A stretch of DNA of 64,000 nucleotides. Source: Victivallis vadensis. GTDB lineage: Bacteria > Verrucomicrobiota > Kiritimatiellia > UBA8416 > CAMCYG01. The stretch covers positions 6,054 to 70,053 of the forward strand of contig CAMCYG010000003.1 of assembly GCA_945883775.1 (NCBI GenBank), read 5' to 3'. Below the pieces are notes generated by a model. It saw only the letters and a list, made by a program, of their open reading frames with translations, ran no database searches and was not told the DNA's origin. This document shows positions 10,805-24,400 of this stretch, piece after piece (position 1 is the stretch's first letter; the number at the start of each line of letters is the position of its first letter). The translations under genes were made by a program, and so were the position numbers.

Positions 10805-11143
10805 TTATTTTGATTCGTCCGTCAAAATTATCTTTATATGACAAAGCCTTTTCTTAATCGGACCTGCTGATCCACGAGCCCTTGCCTTGAATCTTCTCAT
10901 CATCACAGAAGCCTCGACAACAGCGCTCTTGACCGTCAAACTCTCCAGCGAAAGCTTATGATTCTTCTCCGCATTCGCAATAGCCGACTTGAGAGTCTTG
11001 CCAACATAGAATGCGCCTTTTCTTTCGCTGAACTCGGTTATCTGTAGCGCCTCAGCAACTGACATGCCGCGTATTTTCGCAGCAATGTCTCTTGCCTTGG
11101 TGGGCGACAGCCTCACAAATCTTGCATATGCTCTTACGTCCAT
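10805..11143 (-). CDS. rplV: 50S ribosomal protein L22
   Basis: ARFVRLSPTKARDIAAKIRGMSV... Confidence 0.95.
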   Translation of the reverse strand: MDVRAYARFVRLSPTKARDIAAKIRGMSVAEALQITEFSERKGAFYVGKTLKSAIANAEKNHKLSLESLTVKSAVVEASVMMRRFKARARGSAGPIKKRLCHIKIILTDESK

Positions 11144-11158
11144 TGAAGTCTTTCCCTG

Positions 11159-11443
11159 TTACTTAAGCGCTTTAGTCTTGTCAGTATGCGCACCGTGCTT
11201 GCGGAACGTCCTGGTTGGCGCAAACTCACCCAGGCGATGCCCTACCATGTTTTCATTTATGAATATCGAAAGATGCTGCTTACCGTTATGAATGGCAAAC
11301 GTATGCCCCACAAAGTCAGGGACGATCATAGACCCTCTCGCCCAAGTCTTAATCGGCTTACGCTCCCCTGTCTTGTTGAGCTTCTCCACCTTTTTGAGAA
11401 GCTTATCGTCTACGAATGGCCCTTTTTTAAGTGAACGCGACAT
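11159..11443 (-). CDS. rpsS: 30S ribosomal protein S19
   Basis: [19 protein letters not shown]...HNGKQH. Confidence 0.96.
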   Translation of the reverse strand: MSRSLKKGPFVDDKLLKKVEKLNKTGERKPIKTWARGSMIVPDFVGHTFAIHNGKQHLSIFINENMVGHRLGEFAPTRTFRKHGAHTDKTKALK

Positions 11444-11447
11444 CTTT

Positions 11448-12272
11448 TTACTTTCTCCGTTTGATTATGAATCTATTCGAGGTTCTCCGCCTGCCTCTCG
11501 TTTTCCCGCCCTTCGACAGTTTGCCCCATGGTGACACCGGATGTCCACCACCGGAACTCCTGCCCTCGCCTCCACCCATAGGATGATCGACCGGGTTCAT
11601 CGCAACACCCCTGACCGTAGGCCTTATACCACGCCACCTTTTGCGACCGGCCTTACCCAACACCAGAGAGGACCAATCCGAATTTCCGATCTGACCGACC
11701 GTCGCAACGCACCTCACATTAATAAGACGTATCTCGCCAGATGGCAATCTTATGTGAGCAAACTCGCCTTCCTTGGACATAAGCTGCGCTTTCCCGCCAG
11801 CTGTCCTTACAATCTGTCCACCCCTGCCAGGCTGTAGTTCTATATTATGGATTGTCTGTCCCAGCGGCATTTTAGATAGCGGCATACAGTTACCAATAAC
11901 CGGCTCAGCATCAGGGCCGGAAAGAAGTTTGTCGCCCACTTTCACCCCTTGAGGTGCAAGTATGTAACGCTTCTCGCCGTCCACATAAGCCAAAAGAGCT
12001 ATGTAACATGAGCGATTTGGATCGTACTCTATTGCAGAGACAACAGCAGGTATTCCGTTCTTGTCACGCTTGAAATCAATGATTCTGTACTTTCTCTTAT
12101 GCCCACCGCCGCGATGACGGACTGTTATACGTCCCTCGAAATTACGTCCTGCGGTCTTGTTCATCGCCACCGTCAAGCTACGCTCAGGCGACTTTTTCGT
12201 TATCTCTTCATACGATGGTACTATAGTGTACCTCATCGATGGCGTTGTCGGCTTATATTTCTTAAGACCCAT
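11448..12272 (-). CDS. rplB: 50S ribosomal protein L2
   Basis: ...[18 protein letters not shown]... Confidence 0.97.
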   Translation of the reverse strand: MGLKKYKPTTPSMRYTIVPSYEEITKKSPERSLTVAMNKTAGRNFEGRITVRHRGGGHKRKYRIIDFKRDKNGIPAVVSAIEYDPNRSCYIALLAYVDGEKRYILAPQGVKVGDKLLSGPDAEPVIGNCMPLSKMPLGQTIHNIELQPGRGGQIVRTAGGKAQLMSKEGEFAHIRLPSGEIRLINVRCVATVGQIGNSDWSSLVLGKAGRKRWRGIRPTVRGVAMNPVDHPMGGGEGRSSGGGHPVSPWGKLSKGGKTRGRRRTSNRFIIKRRK

Positions 12273-12289
12273 GGCTAATCACCCTACCT

Positions 12290-12571
12290 TTAAACTGTTA
12301 AGTCTATCTTGCTGTCACCCTTAAGGGTCACAACTGCCCTCTTCCAATCAGAGCGTTTACCGTACTTGTTTTTTCTGTCCCTCTTGACCTTGCCCTCGTA
12401 CCTCATGGTATTGACGGCAGCAACAGTCACCTTAAACATCTTTTCTACAGCCTGCTTGACCTCTATCTTCGTGGCCGCTTTATCGACTAAGAAAAAATAC
12501 TTATTATGCTCCATGAGCTTGCTGCTCTTCTCTGTCACATGTACCTTCTTGATGACTTCTTCAAGACGCAT
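12290..12571 (-). CDS. rplW: 50S ribosomal protein L23
   Basis: ATG at 12571; the track start at 12577 is a TTG. ...VTEKSS...FLVDKAATKIEVKQAVEKMF. Confidence 0.93.
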   Translation of the reverse strand: MRLEEVIKKVHVTEKSSKLMEHNKYFFLVDKAATKIEVKQAVEKMFKVTVAAVNTMRYEGKVKRDRKNKYGKRSDWKRAVVTLKGDSKIDLTV

Positions 12572-12573
12572 TA

Positions 12574-13215
12574 TCAACCTGCCTTCCCTTTGCCAGCAAA
12601 CCTGTTCATCATGACTTCATAGCCAGACTTGTCCGTCACAATTGCTGAATGATTTATCAGCTGGTAAATATTAACGTCATCAGCCCTGCTGATTTCGACA
12701 CCGGGGATGTTCCTGGCCGAACGTATGACATTCTGGTCAAGTTTGCCAAGAGCCACAAGCACCTTGCGCGCTATACCCAGATTCTTCAACAATGATACAA
12801 ATGTCTTCGTTTTAGGCGCCACCATCTCCATTGAATTTATAACCCTTATCTGGTCGTTGGCAATCTTCTCACTGAAGGCTCTCTTGAAAGCCAGCTTTGC
12901 CACCTTCTTGTTGATCTTCTGAGTGTAATCCCTGGGATGCGGACCGAATGCAACACCACCACCGCGCCACACGGGCGACTGCCTTAGTCCAGCCCTCGCA
13001 CGTCCTGTGCCTTTCTGTTTCCAAGGCTTCTTGTTGCTTCCGGCGACTTCGCCTTTTCTCAACGTCGATGCAGCACCCAGCCGCTTTGCAGCCATGGTCG
13101 CCACAATAACGTCATGAACAGCCTGCTCGCCCTTGTCCAGCACAAGGATCTTATCATCAACCTTTATCTCCCCTGCCGGAGAACCCTTTATATCAAATAC
13201 TTTTATGTTGCTCAT
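12574..13215 (-). CDS. rplD: 50S ribosomal protein L4
   Basis: ...KQKGTGRARAGLRQSPVWRGGGVAFGP... Confidence 0.96.
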   Translation of the reverse strand: MSNIKVFDIKGSPAGEIKVDDKILVLDKGEQAVHDVIVATMAAKRLGAASTLRKGEVAGSNKKPWKQKGTGRARAGLRQSPVWRGGGVAFGPHPRDYTQKINKKVAKLAFKRAFSEKIANDQIRVINSMEMVAPKTKTFVSLLKNLGIARKVLVALGKLDQNVIRSARNIPGVEISRADDVNIYQLINHSAIVTDKSGYEVMMNRFAGKGKAG

Positions 13216-13868
13216 TGGGCCTTACCTGCCTTCTTCTTTAAAGCTTTCCTGACGATGACCAGGGCACCATTGAATCCTGGCACAGCCCCGCCAACCAATA
13301 AAAGGTTTTCCTGTCCCCTCAGCTCGACAACCTTGATGTTCTGAGTTGTTACCTGATCCACGCCCATATGGCCTGACATCCTCTTACCTTTCAGAACACG
13401 CGCAGGATATGAATTCTGACCTATTGATCCAACCCTTCGTTTCGAATGACCACCGTGCGTCATAGGGCCACCCCTCATCCGATAACGCTTAACCACACCC
13501 TGAAAACCACGGCCTTTTGTGATTCCCGTAATATCCACAAACTTAACACCTTCGAATATTGTGGCATTGACTGAATCACCGGCTTTGATCTCATTCTTAG
13601 GATCGACCTTAAATTCCTTGAGGAACTGCTTAGGCGCTGTCCCCGCCTTCTTGAATCTTGCGAGATCAGGCTTGATTGTCCGCGACTCTTTCTTGTCACA
13701 GTACCCCACCTGAACAGCATCGTAGCCATCCTTAACGCCAGTCTTTCGCTGAATTACGACACAGGGCCCCATCTCCAAGACAGTAACATCTCTACGTACG
13801 CTATTCGCGTCGTACACCTGCATCATACCTATCTTTTTTCCTATTAATCCTTCCATGGCTCCACTCAT
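13212..13868 (-). CDS. rplC: 50S ribosomal protein L3
   Basis: ...[13 protein letters not shown]... ATGA overlap with the rpsJ stop. An alternative ATG lies at 13856. Confidence 0.95.
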   Translation of the reverse strand: MSGAMEGLIGKKIGMMQVYDANSVRRDVTVLEMGPCVVIQRKTGVKDGYDAVQVGYCDKKESRTIKPDLARFKKAGTAPKQFLKEFKVDPKNEIKAGDSVNATIFEGVKFVDITGITKGRGFQGVVKRYRMRGGPMTHGGHSKRRVGSIGQNSYPARVLKGKRMSGHMGVDQVTTQNIKVVELRGQENLLLVGGAVPGFNGALVIVRKALKKKAGKAQ

Positions 13869-14173
13869 ATCTTGATTGTTATATCCACACCGGCGGGAAG
13901 GTTGAGCTTCTTCAGCTCATCTACCGTCTTGGCGGTCGGACTCAATATGTCCAGCAAACGCTTATGCGTGCGCATTTCAAACTGGTCCATCGATTTCTTA
14001 TCCGCATGCGGACTTCTATTCACCGTGAAACGCTCTATTCTTGTGGGAAGTGGGGTCGGCCCGACAACCTGAGCACCGGTTCCCTTAGCCGTTTCTATGA
14101 TATCCTGCACAGCCTGATCAAGCACACCATGATCGTAAGCTTGCAATTTAATTCTTATTCGCTGACCTTCCAT
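13865..14173 (-). CDS. rpsJ: 30S ribosomal protein S10
   Basis: [17 protein letters not shown]... Confidence 0.96.
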   Translation of the reverse strand: MEGQRIRIKLQAYDHGVLDQAVQDIIETAKGTGAQVVGPTPLPTRIERFTVNRSPHADKKSMDQFEMRTHKRLLDILSPTAKTVDELKKLNLPAGVDITIKI

Positions 14174-14180
14174 TATGTTC

Positions 14181-16313
14181 TCACCTGTTAAGTAGTTGGT
14201 CCCTCAGATTCTTCGGGACAATCTCAAATTTCTCAGGCTCCATCGTATATGCCGCACGACCCCGCGCCACAGAACGAACAGCTGTTGAATAGCCGAACAG
14301 TTCCGCCAGCGGGACGCAAGCATGTATGATGTGCGAATCGCCCTTCATATACATCTCCCTCACCTTACCTCTACGTCCATTTATGTCACTCATAATATCC
14401 CCCATATGCTCTGCGGGAGTTATGATCTCGAGCGACATCAACGGCTCCACCAACTCAGGAGCCGCCTGCATGACAGCATCTCTGAAAGCCATTACTGCTG
14501 CACTCCTAAACGCTATTTCACTCGACGCTTCAGGATCAAATGAAGCGCCTGTCACCTTGACTTCTATGTCCGTGACCGGGAATCTTCCCAAAACGCCGGT
14601 TACTATACCGTCTTGCAGGCCATCTTCAACACTTTTCCGCATTTCATGTGGTAATTTTTCTGTGGACACCTTAAAGTCAATCTTATTGCCTGTGCCACGC
14701 TCTTTGGGAGAAACCTCTATACTCACCATAGCAAACTGCCTTTTCCCGCCTATTTCACGGTCAAATGTATGTGATGCCACTGTCTTTTTGGTGATTATTT
14801 CATAATAGGCAACCATAGGATTTCCCATGTTTGCGCTTACCTTAAACTCCCGGCTTAACCTGTCTTTAAGTATCTCCAAATGCAGTTCACCCATTCCACT
14901 CACGACAGTCTGGCCCGTTTCTGCATCAATCCGGATAAGCCAAGTTGGATCTTCTGATGCCAGATTCTCAAGTGCCAGATTCAGTTTTTCCTTGTCCGCT
15001 CTGGTTTTTGGCTCTATTGCCAGGAACATAACAGGCTCGGGAAACTTGATTCTTTCCAGCTCAATGACAGCATTCTCCAGGCATAGTGTATCACCAGTCG
15101 TAACATTCTTCATTCCTGCTATGGCACCTATTTCGCCTGAGTAAAGCTGCTCTACATCCGTTCTGCTGTCAGCATGAAGCTGTAAAAGACGCATTACCCG
15201 TTCACGCTTCTTCGTCCTGCTGTTAAGAACATTCTGCCCCTTCTTTATCTTTCCGGAGTAAACACGGAAAAAGGCCAGCCTGCCAGAGTAGGGATCATTT
15301 GCAATTTTAAATACCAGCGCGCTGAGCGGCCCAAAATCATCCGGCTCACGTTCTATTATCTCATCATTCTTAGGATTGATACCCTTTATAACTGGAACTT
15401 CGAGCGGACTCGGAAGAAAATCAACCACAGCATCCAGCAACTGCTGAACCCCCTTGTACTTGAGTACCGAGCCGCATACGACAGGCACAATCTTGTTCGC
15501 CACCGTCAGCATACGTATTGATTGCTTCAGGACCTCGACTGGCACATCCGGATTGGAGAGAAATGCATCAAGCAGGGTCTCATCTTTTTCTGCTAACTTC
15601 TCTATCATGTCGAGCCGAGCCTTTTCAGCACACGCAGCAAGCTCTGCTGGTATATCAGTTACCGACATCTTCGTTCCCATGCTATCATTATCAAATGATA
15701 TCGCACGCATAGCGAGAAGATCTATTATTCCGGTGAAATTCTCTTCAACGCCGATAGGTATCTGCAACGGCACAGCAAACGAACCCAGACGCTCACCAAT
15801 CTCAGTGACAACCTTTCTAAAATCAGCACCCATCCTGTCCAGCTTATTCACGAACGCTATTCGTGGAACATGGTATTTATCTGCCTGCCTCCAAACCGTT
15901 TCGGACTGAGGCTGAACTCCGCCCACACCGCAGAACACGCCTACTGCTCCATCGAGGACGCGCAAAGACCGCTCCACCTCAACGGTGAAATCAACATGGC
16001 CAGGGGTGTCGATGATATTAATTTGATGATCTTTCCAGAAGCAAGTCGTAGCTGCGCTGGTTATGGTTATACCGCGCTCCTTCTCTTGAATCATCCAATC
16101 CATGACCGCCGTACCGTCATGTACTTCACCCATCTTATAGACCTTACCCGTATAATACAGCATGCGCTCAGTCACGGTGGTCTTACCGGCATCTATATGA
16201 GCTATGACGCCGATATTCCTTACCGAACTAAGAGGCTTTGTCCGCTCAGGTGCCTCTCTAATTGCACTCTTTGCGTTCGTAACCATGCTATTTTGTTCCA
16301 AAACTGCTGACAT
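14181..16313 (-). CDS. fusA: Elongation factor G
   Basis: Start moved to the ATG at 16313, giving MSAVLEQNS...[16 protein letters not shown]. The longest ORF would overlap rpsG. G1-G4 GTPase motifs are present. Confidence 0.95.
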   Translation of the reverse strand: MSAVLEQNSMVTNAKSAIREAPERTKPLSSVRNIGVIAHIDAGKTTVTERMLYYTGKVYKMGEVHDGTAVMDWMIQEKERGITITSAATTCFWKDHQINIIDTPGHVDFTVEVERSLRVLDGAVGVFCGVGGVQPQSETVWRQADKYHVPRIAFVNKLDRMGADFRKVVTEIGERLGSFAVPLQIPIGVEENFTGIIDLLAMRAISFDNDSMGTKMSVTDIPAELAACAEKARLDMIEKLAEKDETLLDAFLSNPDVPVEVLKQSIRMLTVANKIVPVVCGSVLKYKGVQQLLDAVVDFLPSPLEVPVIKGINPKNDEIIEREPDDFGPLSALVFKIANDPYSGRLAFFRVYSGKIKKGQNVLNSRTKKRERVMRLLQLHADSRTDVEQLYSGEIGAIAGMKNVTTGDTLCLENAVIELERIKFPEPVMFLAIEPKTRADKEKLNLALENLASEDPTWLIRIDAETGQTVVSGMGELHLEILKDRLSREFKVSANMGNPMVAYYEIITKKTVASHTFDREIGGKRQFAMVSIEVSPKERGTGNKIDFKVSTEKLPHEMRKSVEDGLQDGIVTGVLGRFPVTDIEVKVTGASFDPEASSEIAFRSAAVMAFRDAVMQAAPELVEPLMSLEIITPAEHMGDIMSDINGRRGKVREMYMKGDSHIIHACVPLAELFGYSTAVRSVARGRAAYTMEPEKFEIVPKNLRDQLLNR

Positions 16314-16335
16314 TATACCTTTTGACAAATAGTCT

Positions 16336-16806
16336 TTACCAAGCGTAATGCGCAAATGCCTTATTGGCCTGCGCCATCTTGTGGGTATCATCACGCTTCT
16401 TTATCGCGTTACCCTGATTATTGAAAGCGTCCATCAGCTCCAATGCAAGCGCTCTGCTCAGAGGGATACCCTTGCGAGCAGACGAATACGACGTAAGCCA
16501 ACGCAAGCCCAACGCAAGACCTCTTTGCTTGTTCACCTCTACTGGAACCTGATAAGTTGCGCCGCCCACTCTCCGCGACCTCACTTCTACCCGCGGCTTA
16601 ATATTGTCCATGGCTTTGATAAGGACCTCCATTGGATCGGTCTTCATCTTTTCCTGAATCTCGTTAAGAGCCCCGTATACTATCTTTTCAGCCGTGGCCT
16701 TCTTGCCTTTTCGCATTATGACGTTGATCATGCGGGCAACTAGTTCACTATTATACTTTAAATCCGGTATTACGGTCCTCTGTTCAGCTTGATGCCTTCT
16801 AGCCAT
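16336..16806 (-). CDS. rpsG: 30S ribosomal protein S7
   Basis: [20 protein letters not shown]... Confidence 0.96.
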   Translation of the reverse strand: MARRHQAEQRTVIPDLKYNSELVARMINVIMRKGKKATAEKIVYGALNEIQEKMKTDPMEVLIKAMDNIKPRVEVRSRRVGGATYQVPVEVNKQRGLALGLRWLTSYSSARKGIPLSRALALELMDAFNNQGNAIKKRDDTHKMAQANKAFAHYAW

Positions 16807-16821
16807 ATTGCTATTCCTTGA

Positions 16822-17229
16822 TTAAGCCTTTGCCGGCTTCTGTTTTTTTACCCCGTACTTGCTTCTTGAAACATTACGAGTCAGTTTGTTCGTATTACTT
16901 GGACCGGCTGCTCCCAGCGAATCAAGCGCACCCCTGACTATATGATACCTTACGCCAGGAAGATCCTTTACCCTGCCACCCCTCACCAACACCACGCTGT
17001 GCTCCTGAAGATTGTGACCTTCTCCGGGTATATAAGCCGTTACCTCATACCCAGTCGTAAGCCGTACTCTTGCAACTTTACGGAGTGCTGAGTTCGGTTT
17101 CTTTGGTGTCTGCGTCTTTACGATAACGCAAACGCCTCTGCGCTGCGGACAGCTCTTAAGCGCAGCAGATTTACTCTTCTTCCGCTGTCTTGTTCTGCCA
17201 TATTTCACTAACTGGTTAATTGTCGGCAT
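16822..17229 (-). CDS. rpsL: 30S ribosomal protein S12
   Basis: [12 protein letters not shown]...[16 protein letters not shown]. Confidence 0.97.
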   Translation of the reverse strand: MPTINQLVKYGRTRQRKKSKSAALKSCPQRRGVCVIVKTQTPKKPNSALRKVARVRLTTGYEVTAYIPGEGHNLQEHSVVLVRGGRVKDLPGVRYHIVRGALDSLGAAGPSNTNKLTRNVSRSKYGVKKQKPAKA

Positions 17230-17252
17230 ATATTTTTTATCCTCTTTACAAA

Positions 17253-17281
17253 AAGGAAGCTAAATCTATCAACTCTTCCTT
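17253..17281 (-). terminator. Candidate hairpin/T-tract after rpoC
   Basis: In the mRNA sense: AAGGAAG, 15-nt loop, CTTCCTT, followed by TTTGT. The stem is only 7 bp, so this is weak. Confidence 0.3.
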
Positions 17282-17294
17282 GTTACTTACAAGA

Positions 17295-20200
17295 CTAACC
17301 TAGCAAATTACGCAAGTTCTGCTTTGCCTCATCCACCTGTGGCATATCTTCTTCCGCTATTGGCTCCGCCAACGGAACAAGCTTTATATTCCTGTGCATC
17401 GCGAATCCTGTCCCGCCCGGTATCAACTGACCCATTATTACGTTCTCCTTGAACCCACGCAATGTGTCAATCCTGCCCAGCGTTGCAGCATCGGTCAATA
17501 CCCTGGTGGTGTCCTGGAATGACGCAGCAGAGATGAAACTCTCTGTCTCCAGCGATGCCTTAGTGATGCCAAGTAGCGCGGGAGCAGCCTCTGCAGGCCT
17601 CTTCCCCTCTTTCATCGCATCCTCGTTCGTCTGCAGGAACTTCTGCTTCATTACCTGCTCTCCCCACAGAAATTCGGTATCGCCTGGATTAGTGATCCTG
17701 ACTTTGCGCAACATCTGTCGTACTATGATCTCGATATGCTTGTCATTGATCTCCACACCCTGCAGCCTGTATACCTGCTGCACCTCATTCACAAGGTACT
17801 CCTGAAGCGCCTGCGGCCCGCAGACATCCAAGATCTCCTGAGGCACAACCGGCCCTTCAGTAAGCTGCTGGCCTTTCTTGATCTTGTCACCCTTGAACAC
17901 GACGATATGCTTGCTCATAGGTATCATGTGCTCTTCGACAGCCCCGGTTGACTCATCCCGTATAATCAGACAGCGTTTGCCGCGCTGATTGGGGCCAAAG
18001 TCGACAAGTCCCTCGATCTTGGCAATCTCTGCAGCATCTTTTGGCTGCCTGGCCTCGAATAATTCTGACACCCTCGGCAATCCACCGGTGATATCACGAG
18101 TCTTTGATTCCTTGCGGGGTGTTTTTGCAAGCACTTCGCCAGGAAGGACTTTTTTGCTTTCCTTCACCATAACGTGAGCACCTGCAGGTATGCTATAGAA
18201 TGCCAACACTTGCCCGGTTTTGTCATCCTTCAGGATGATCTGCGGATGCATGTCCTCTTTGGTTTCCAGAACAACCGCGCCCTTTAATCCGGTGGCCTCG
18301 TCGATCTCCTTCTTGACCGTTACATTCTCAACGAAGTCGTGGAAGCTCACAACACCTTCCTGCTCCGCCAGAATCGGCACGCTGTAGGGATCCCACTTGG
18401 CAAGCATTTTCCCTTTAGATATGTTTCCACCATCTTCAGCATTGATTATCGCGCCCATCGCAATTAGATGCCTTTCGAGCTCACGACCCGTATCGTCATG
18501 CACGCTGATGGATCCATTCTTATTTAGAACAACAGACTCGTCTTCCTTGTTCTTCACGATCCTCAAATCGCTGAACCTTACAGTTCCGGAATTCTTAACA
18601 TGAATCTCAGGCTGTTTGAAGACTGCGCTCGCGGTACCACCAATGTGGAACGTTCTCATTGTCAACTGCGTTCCGGGCTCACCGATGGATTGTGCGGCGA
18701 TAATTCCAGTGGCCGTACCCACCTCTACAGGCTTCCCGGTAGCCAAGTCTCTGCCGTAGCACTTAGCGCATATGCCGATCCTGGCTTCGCACGTCAAGAC
18801 GCTCCTGATTTTGATACGCTCTACACCTATCTTTGCCATCTTATCGCATACCGTCTCAGTAAGCTCGTCGCCCGCTTTAACTATTACAGTCTGGGAAATA
18901 GGATCCAGAACATCGTTTAGAGCCGTACGTCCTGTCGCTCTGGTCTTGAGAGAAACCAGCTCGTCGTCACCTTCAGTCACGGCACTAATTTCGATGCCGT
19001 TAACCGTGTTACAATCCTGCTCAACTATGATCACGTCCTGTGAGACATCAACAAGTTTACGTGTAAGATATCCCGCATCAGCTGTCTTTAATGCAGTATC
19101 AGCAAGTCCCTTTCTGGCGCCGTGGGTACTAATGAAGTACTCAAGAACACTGAGACCTTCTTTAAAGTTGGATGTGATCGGCCTTTCAATAATCTCACCT
19201 GACGGTTTTGCCATCAAACCACGCATACCAGCTAGCTGCCTAATCTGCTGACGGCTACCTCTCGCCTTCGAGTCGACCATCATGTAAACAGGGTTTATCT
19301 CAGCACTGCCCTGATTCTCTTCGATCGAACGGTACATAGCATTGGAAATCTCCTCTGTGGCATGAGTCCAGATATCAATGATCTTATTATACCGCTCACC
19401 GTCGGTTATCACACCATTACGATATTGGCGATCGACCTCGGCAACACTCTCCCGTGCCCTGTCAATTATCTCGGGCTTGTCTTTGGGAATGATCATGTCG
19501 TCCATACCGATTGAGACTCCGGCCAGCGTTGCGTGCTCAAAGCCCAATTTTTTGAGATCATCAAGAACGGCAACCGTCTTGCTGTGACCAGCAAGCTTGT
19601 GGCAAGTCGAGATAAGCTTTCCGAGCATTGATTTATCTACGAGCTTATTCACAAAGCCCATTGCTTCAGGCCATATGTTATTGAACATCACCCTGCCGAT
19701 TGTTGTGGCGATTACCTTTGCGTTCTTGTCTCCATACTCGGTGTCGCGCAAATGGTCAGGGTTCTTGAATCTTATCCTCGTATGTACGGTCATTGCTCCG
19801 TCGTCAAACGCAAGTTTGACGTCAGTGTAATCATTCAGTATTGGAAGTCTTTCGTGACTAGCACCTGCTTCCTTTTTCTTATATGACTGTATCTTATCCG
19901 CCTGACTGAAGGCCGTCAGGTAGTATATACCAAGAGCTATATCCTGTGTGGGAGTCATGACTGACTTTCCACTGGAAGGCGAGAATATGTTATTCGTCGA
20001 CATCATCAGCAACCGAGATTCAATCTGTGCCTCCACTGATAAAGGAACATGCACAGCCATCTGGTCACCATCAAAGTCAGCATTGTAAGCGGTACAGACT
20101 AGCGGATGTATCTGAATCGCATCACCCTCTATAAGCATGGGTTCGAATGACTGTATACTGAGCCTATGCAGCGTAGGGGCTCTGTTCAGCATCACTGTCT

Positions 20201-21458
20201 TGTCTCTCGTAACTTCCTCGAGAATATCCCAAACTTCGTCAGTCTGCTTTTCAATCAGCTTCTTTGCACTGCGAACGGTGTGGACCACGCCCATTTCCTT
20301 GAGCCTTCTTATTATGAAGGGCTCGAACAGTACAAGCGCCATCTTCTTGGGTAAGCCGCACTGGTTAAGCTTCAGCTCCGGCCCGACAACGATGACCGAC
20401 CTGCCTGAATAATCCACTCGCTTACCGAGAAGATTCTGGCGGAATCTTCCACTCTTGCCTCTAAGCATATCCGACAACGACTTCAATGGCCTGTTGCCCT
20501 GTCCATTGACAGGTCTGCCATGGCGTCCGTTATCAAACACCGCATCTACCGCCTCCTGCAACATCCGCTTTTCATTGCGTATGATGACATCAGGCGTCTT
20601 GAGCTGCAAAAGGTTCTTAAGCCTGTTGTTGCGGTTAATAACCCGCCTGTAAAGATCATTAAGATCTGAGGTTGCGAATCTGCCGCCCTCAAGAGGCACA
20701 AGCGGACGAAGCTCCGGCGGTATGACAGGCAGCACATCCAGGATCATCCACTCCGGCCGCGTGCCGCTGTTTCTGAATCCCTCAACCACCTTCATCCTTT
20801 TTGAAAGCTTCTTCCGGGTCTGCTTGCTCTTGGTCTTCTCCATCTGATCCTCAAGCTCAACGATCATTTGATCAAGATCTGATGCTTTCAGGATATCACG
20901 CACAGCTTCAGCACCCATCTTTGCGTCAAACGTTTCGCCGTATTTCTCGAGAGCCTCTCTATATTCCATCTCACTCAAAAGCTGCTTAGCTTTTAATGGC
21001 GTATCACCAGGATTGATAACCAGATAGTCTTCGTAGTATAGAACCCTCTCGAGGTTTGTGGTCGTGATGTCGAGCATCAGGCCTATCCTGCTTGGGGTGC
21101 ACTTGAAGAACCATATATGCGACACCGACACTGCCAACTCTATATGCCCCATCCTCTCACGACGAACCCTAGCCTGAGTCACCTCTACGCCGCAACGGTC
21201 GCAGATGACGCCCTTATGCTTGATTCTCTTGTATTTACCGCAACTGCACTCCCAATCACGCGTAGGGCCGAAAATTCTCTCACAGAATAGTCCGCCACGT
21301 TCGGGTTTGTATGTCCGATAATTTATCGTCTCTGGATTCTTGACCTCTCCCTTGCTCCAAGACCTTATCATTTCAGGCGAAGCCAGCGTTATCTGTACAG
21401 AATGGAACTTATCCACTTCAGACAATCCCATCATTCCTCTTGCCGAAAATTGGTTCAA
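17295..21458 (-). CDS. rpoC: RNA polymerase beta-prime subunit
   Basis: 1387 aa with NADFDGD active site and N-terminal zinc motif CSCGKYK...CDRCG. Confidence 0.98.
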   Translation of the reverse strand: MNQFSARGMMGLSEVDKFHSVQITLASPEMIRSWSKGEVKNPETINYRTYKPERGGLFCERIFGPTRDWECSCGKYKRIKHKGVICDRCGVEVTQARVRRERMGHIELAVSVSHIWFFKCTPSRIGLMLDITTTNLERVLYYEDYLVINPGDTPLKAKQLLSEMEYREALEKYGETFDAKMGAEAVRDILKASDLDQMIVELEDQMEKTKSKQTRKKLSKRMKVVEGFRNSGTRPEWMILDVLPVIPPELRPLVPLEGGRFATSDLNDLYRRVINRNNRLKNLLQLKTPDVIIRNEKRMLQEAVDAVFDNGRHGRPVNGQGNRPLKSLSDMLRGKSGRFRQNLLGKRVDYSGRSVIVVGPELKLNQCGLPKKMALVLFEPFIIRRLKEMGVVHTVRSAKKLIEKQTDEVWDILEEVTRDKTVMLNRAPTLHRLSIQSFEPMLIEGDAIQIHPLVCTAYNADFDGDQMAVHVPLSVEAQIESRLLMMSTNNIFSPSSGKSVMTPTQDIALGIYYLTAFSQADKIQSYKKKEAGASHERLPILNDYTDVKLAFDDGAMTVHTRIRFKNPDHLRDTEYGDKNAKVIATTIGRVMFNNIWPEAMGFVNKLVDKSMLGKLISTCHKLAGHSKTVAVLDDLKKLGFEHATLAGVSIGMDDMIIPKDKPEIIDRARESVAEVDRQYRNGVITDGERYNKIIDIWTHATEEISNAMYRSIEENQGSAEINPVYMMVDSKARGSRQQIRQLAGMRGLMAKPSGEIIERPITSNFKEGLSVLEYFISTHGARKGLADTALKTADAGYLTRKLVDVSQDVIIVEQDCNTVNGIEISAVTEGDDELVSLKTRATGRTALNDVLDPISQTVIVKAGDELTETVCDKMAKIGVERIKIRSVLTCEARIGICAKCYGRDLATGKPVEVGTATGIIAAQSIGEPGTQLTMRTFHIGGTASAVFKQPEIHVKNSGTVRFSDLRIVKNKEDESVVLNKNGSISVHDDTGRELERHLIAMGAIINAEDGGNISKGKMLAKWDPYSVPILAEQEGVVSFHDFVENVTVKKEIDEATGLKGAVVLETKEDMHPQIILKDDKTGQVLAFYSIPAGAHVMVKESKKVLPGEVLAKTPRKESKTRDITGGLPRVSELFEARQPKDAAEIAKIEGLVDFGPNQRGKRCLIIRDESTGAVEEHMIPMSKHIVVFKGDKIKKGQQLTEGPVVPQEILDVCGPQALQEYLVNEVQQVYRLQGVEINDKHIEIIVRQMLRKVRITNPGDTEFLWGEQVMKQKFLQTNEDAMKEGKRPAEAAPALLGITKASLETESFISAASFQDTTRVLTDAATLGRIDTLRGFKENVIMGQLIPGGTGFAMHRNIKLVPLAEPIAEEDMPQVDEAKQNLRNLLG

Positions 21459-21470
21459 GTCAACCTCCTG

Positions 21471-24400
21471 TTAAATGCTGCTGGTTACAGCCTGTTCATT
21501 CGCTTTCATATTCACATGCAGGCACAATCCCCTAAGTTCGTTCACGAGAACGCTGAACGACTCCGGAGTACCCGCATCAAGGGTATTTTCGCCCTTGACG
21601 ATGGATTCATATATCCTCGTTCTGCCAGGCACATCATCGCTCTTCACGGTCAGGAATTCCTGAAGCATGAACGATACGCCATAGGCCTCAAGCGCCCATA
21701 CTTCCATTTCTCCAAGCCGCTGACCACCGTACTGTGCCTTGCCGCCAAGAGGCTGCTGGGTCACCAACGAGTAAGGGCCAACTGCTCTGGCATGAATCTT
21801 ATCCGTGACAAGATGATGAAGCTTCATCATATATATCTGCCCGACAACGACCCTCTGGTCAAAAGGCTCACCGGTACGTCCATCATACAGCACAGTCTTG
21901 CCATCGACAGGCATCTTAGCCTTCTCCAGCAATTCTCTTATGCTCTTCTCGGAAATACCGTCAAAGACTGGCGTTGTCGCGTGCATACCAAGCGCCTTGC
22001 ATGCGGCACCAAGGTGCGTCTCCAGCACCTGCCCGACGTTCATACGGGAAGGCACACCGAGAGGATTCAGCACGATGTCGCACGGTGTTCCATCCGGAAG
22101 GAATGGCATCTCGCAGTCAGGAACTATTCTGGCAACAACACCCTTGTTACCATGGCGTCCTGCCAGCTTGTCACCGACAGCCAATTTCTTCTTAGCGGCC
22201 ACATACACCTTCACCTGCTTGATTATTCCAGCGTCAACCTCGTCACCGCTTTCAAACCTGTCTATCGCCTTCTGATGGTCGTCATCCAGTTCTGCAAACT
22301 TCGGCCTGTAGTCACCGATAATCTCGTCTATCTTAATCTGTATGGGACTGCTCTCAATCTGGATGTGCGCATGCGCTGCTGCAAGCTTCCTGAGCAATGT
22401 CTTGGTTATCTTCCTGTTGGCAGGGATAATGACTTCACCGGCTTCGGTATCACTGACATCTAGAGGAATCTTCTCACCAAGCAGTATATTGCTCAACGCC
22501 TCTGTCAACTCCTCAAGAAGCTGCTGCCTTTTCTGCTTATACTCCTCATTGATATTCTTGACCTGCTTTTTCTTCTCAGAATTACTCATCGAAGTGCGCT
22601 TGATCTCTTTGACATGAGACTGTACGTTGATATCCATGACAATACCGTATGTCCCACTGGGGACTGTAAGGGAGGTATCGCGCACCTCTGCAGCCTTTTC
22701 ACCGAAGATCGCACGCAGCAACCTTTCCTCTGGTGCAAGTTCCGTCTCACTCTTAGGTGTGATTTTGCCTACAAGTATGTCACCTGGCATAACTTCGGCC
22801 CCGCGCCGCACAACGCCGTCAGTTCCAAGATCCTTCAGGGCTTCCTCGCCGACATTCGGAATATCCCGCGTAATCTCTTCCGGACCCAGCTTTGTGTCCC
22901 GAGCGCCTATCTCAAACTCCTGCACGTGTATCGAGGTGAATATATCATCTCTTAACACCCGTTCGCTGATGAGAATCGCATCTTCAAAGTTATATCCGCA
23001 CCAAGGCATAAAGGCCACCAGCAGATTCTTGCCCAGCGACAATTCGCCTTCACAAGTTGCAGGTCCATCGGCGATTGTATCGCCTTTCTTTATGCTCTGC
23101 CCTATGGCCACTGTAGGCTTCTGGTTAAAACATGTCCCGGCATTCGTACGCCGGAATTTCTGTAGTTCGTATTCAACTACTGAATCCTTGCTCTGTCCGC
23201 GCTGCGGGAGCTTACCATCATCGGTAACTATGACCTTGTATGCAGAAACATACGCCACCTTACCGGCTTTGGAAGCGACAATCTTCACCCTGGAATCCCT
23301 GGCTACGAGATCTTCCAGCCCTGTGGCCACGTAAGGCCGCTGAGTTTTGAGTAGCGGGACTGCCTGCCTCATCATGTTAGCGCCCATCAAGGCTCTGTTA
23401 GCATCATCATGCTCAAGGAACGGAATAAGACCAGCTGCGATACTTACCACCTGCATAGGTGATACATCCATGAGTTCAACTTTGTCCTTGGGAACCTCCA
23501 GAAACTCGCCTTTCTGCCTCACAGATACCATGTCCTTCGCAAACCTGTTCTTATCATCCAAAGGCGCATTAGCCTGGGCGATAATATAGCGCTCTTCCTG
23601 ATCTGCTGTAAGATACAGCACATCATCCAGCACTTTTCCGCTGGTTACTTTCCTGTATGGACTTTCGATAAAGCCAAAATCATTTACCTTCGCAAAAATA
23701 CTGAGCGAAGATATAAGACCAATATTCGGTCCCTCAGGCGTCTCGATCGGACATATTCTGCCGTAGTGACTTGAATGCACGTCACGCACCTCAAATCCTG
23801 CGCGCTCTCTGCTCAAGCCTCCGGGGCCCAACGCGCTCAATCTGCGCTTATGCGCAAGCTCAGAAAGTGGATTCGTCTGATCCATGAACTGACTGAGCTG
23901 GCTTCTGCCGAAGAAGTCCTGCACAACAGCTGAAAGCGATTTTGAGTTGACCATCTTCTGAGGACTCAGCTTTCCATGGGCGGGATCATAAAGGGTCATC
24001 CGCTCACGAATAAGCCTTTCCGTTCTTGCCAAGCCTACTCGGCACTGATTTTCTATCAACTCACCTATGGTTCTGATACGCCTGTTGCCGAGATGGTCGA
24101 TATCGTCCACCGACTCCTTACCCAGCTTAATTTTAATCAGATGTTTTACAGCGGCAATCACATCAAGTTTATCGAGCACCCTTAGATCTTTGTCAACCTG
24201 GTCCTCTAACCCGAGCTTCTGATTGATCTTGTATCTGCCGACTTTGCCCAAGTCATAACGCTTAGCATCAAAAAACAGCCTCTTGATCAACTGCCTTGCG
24301 TTTGATGGCGTCGCGGGATCACCCGGACGAAGTTTATGGTATATATCCTTAAGTGCATCTTCCATCGTCTGGGATTTATCATCGCTAACGCTCTCCATGA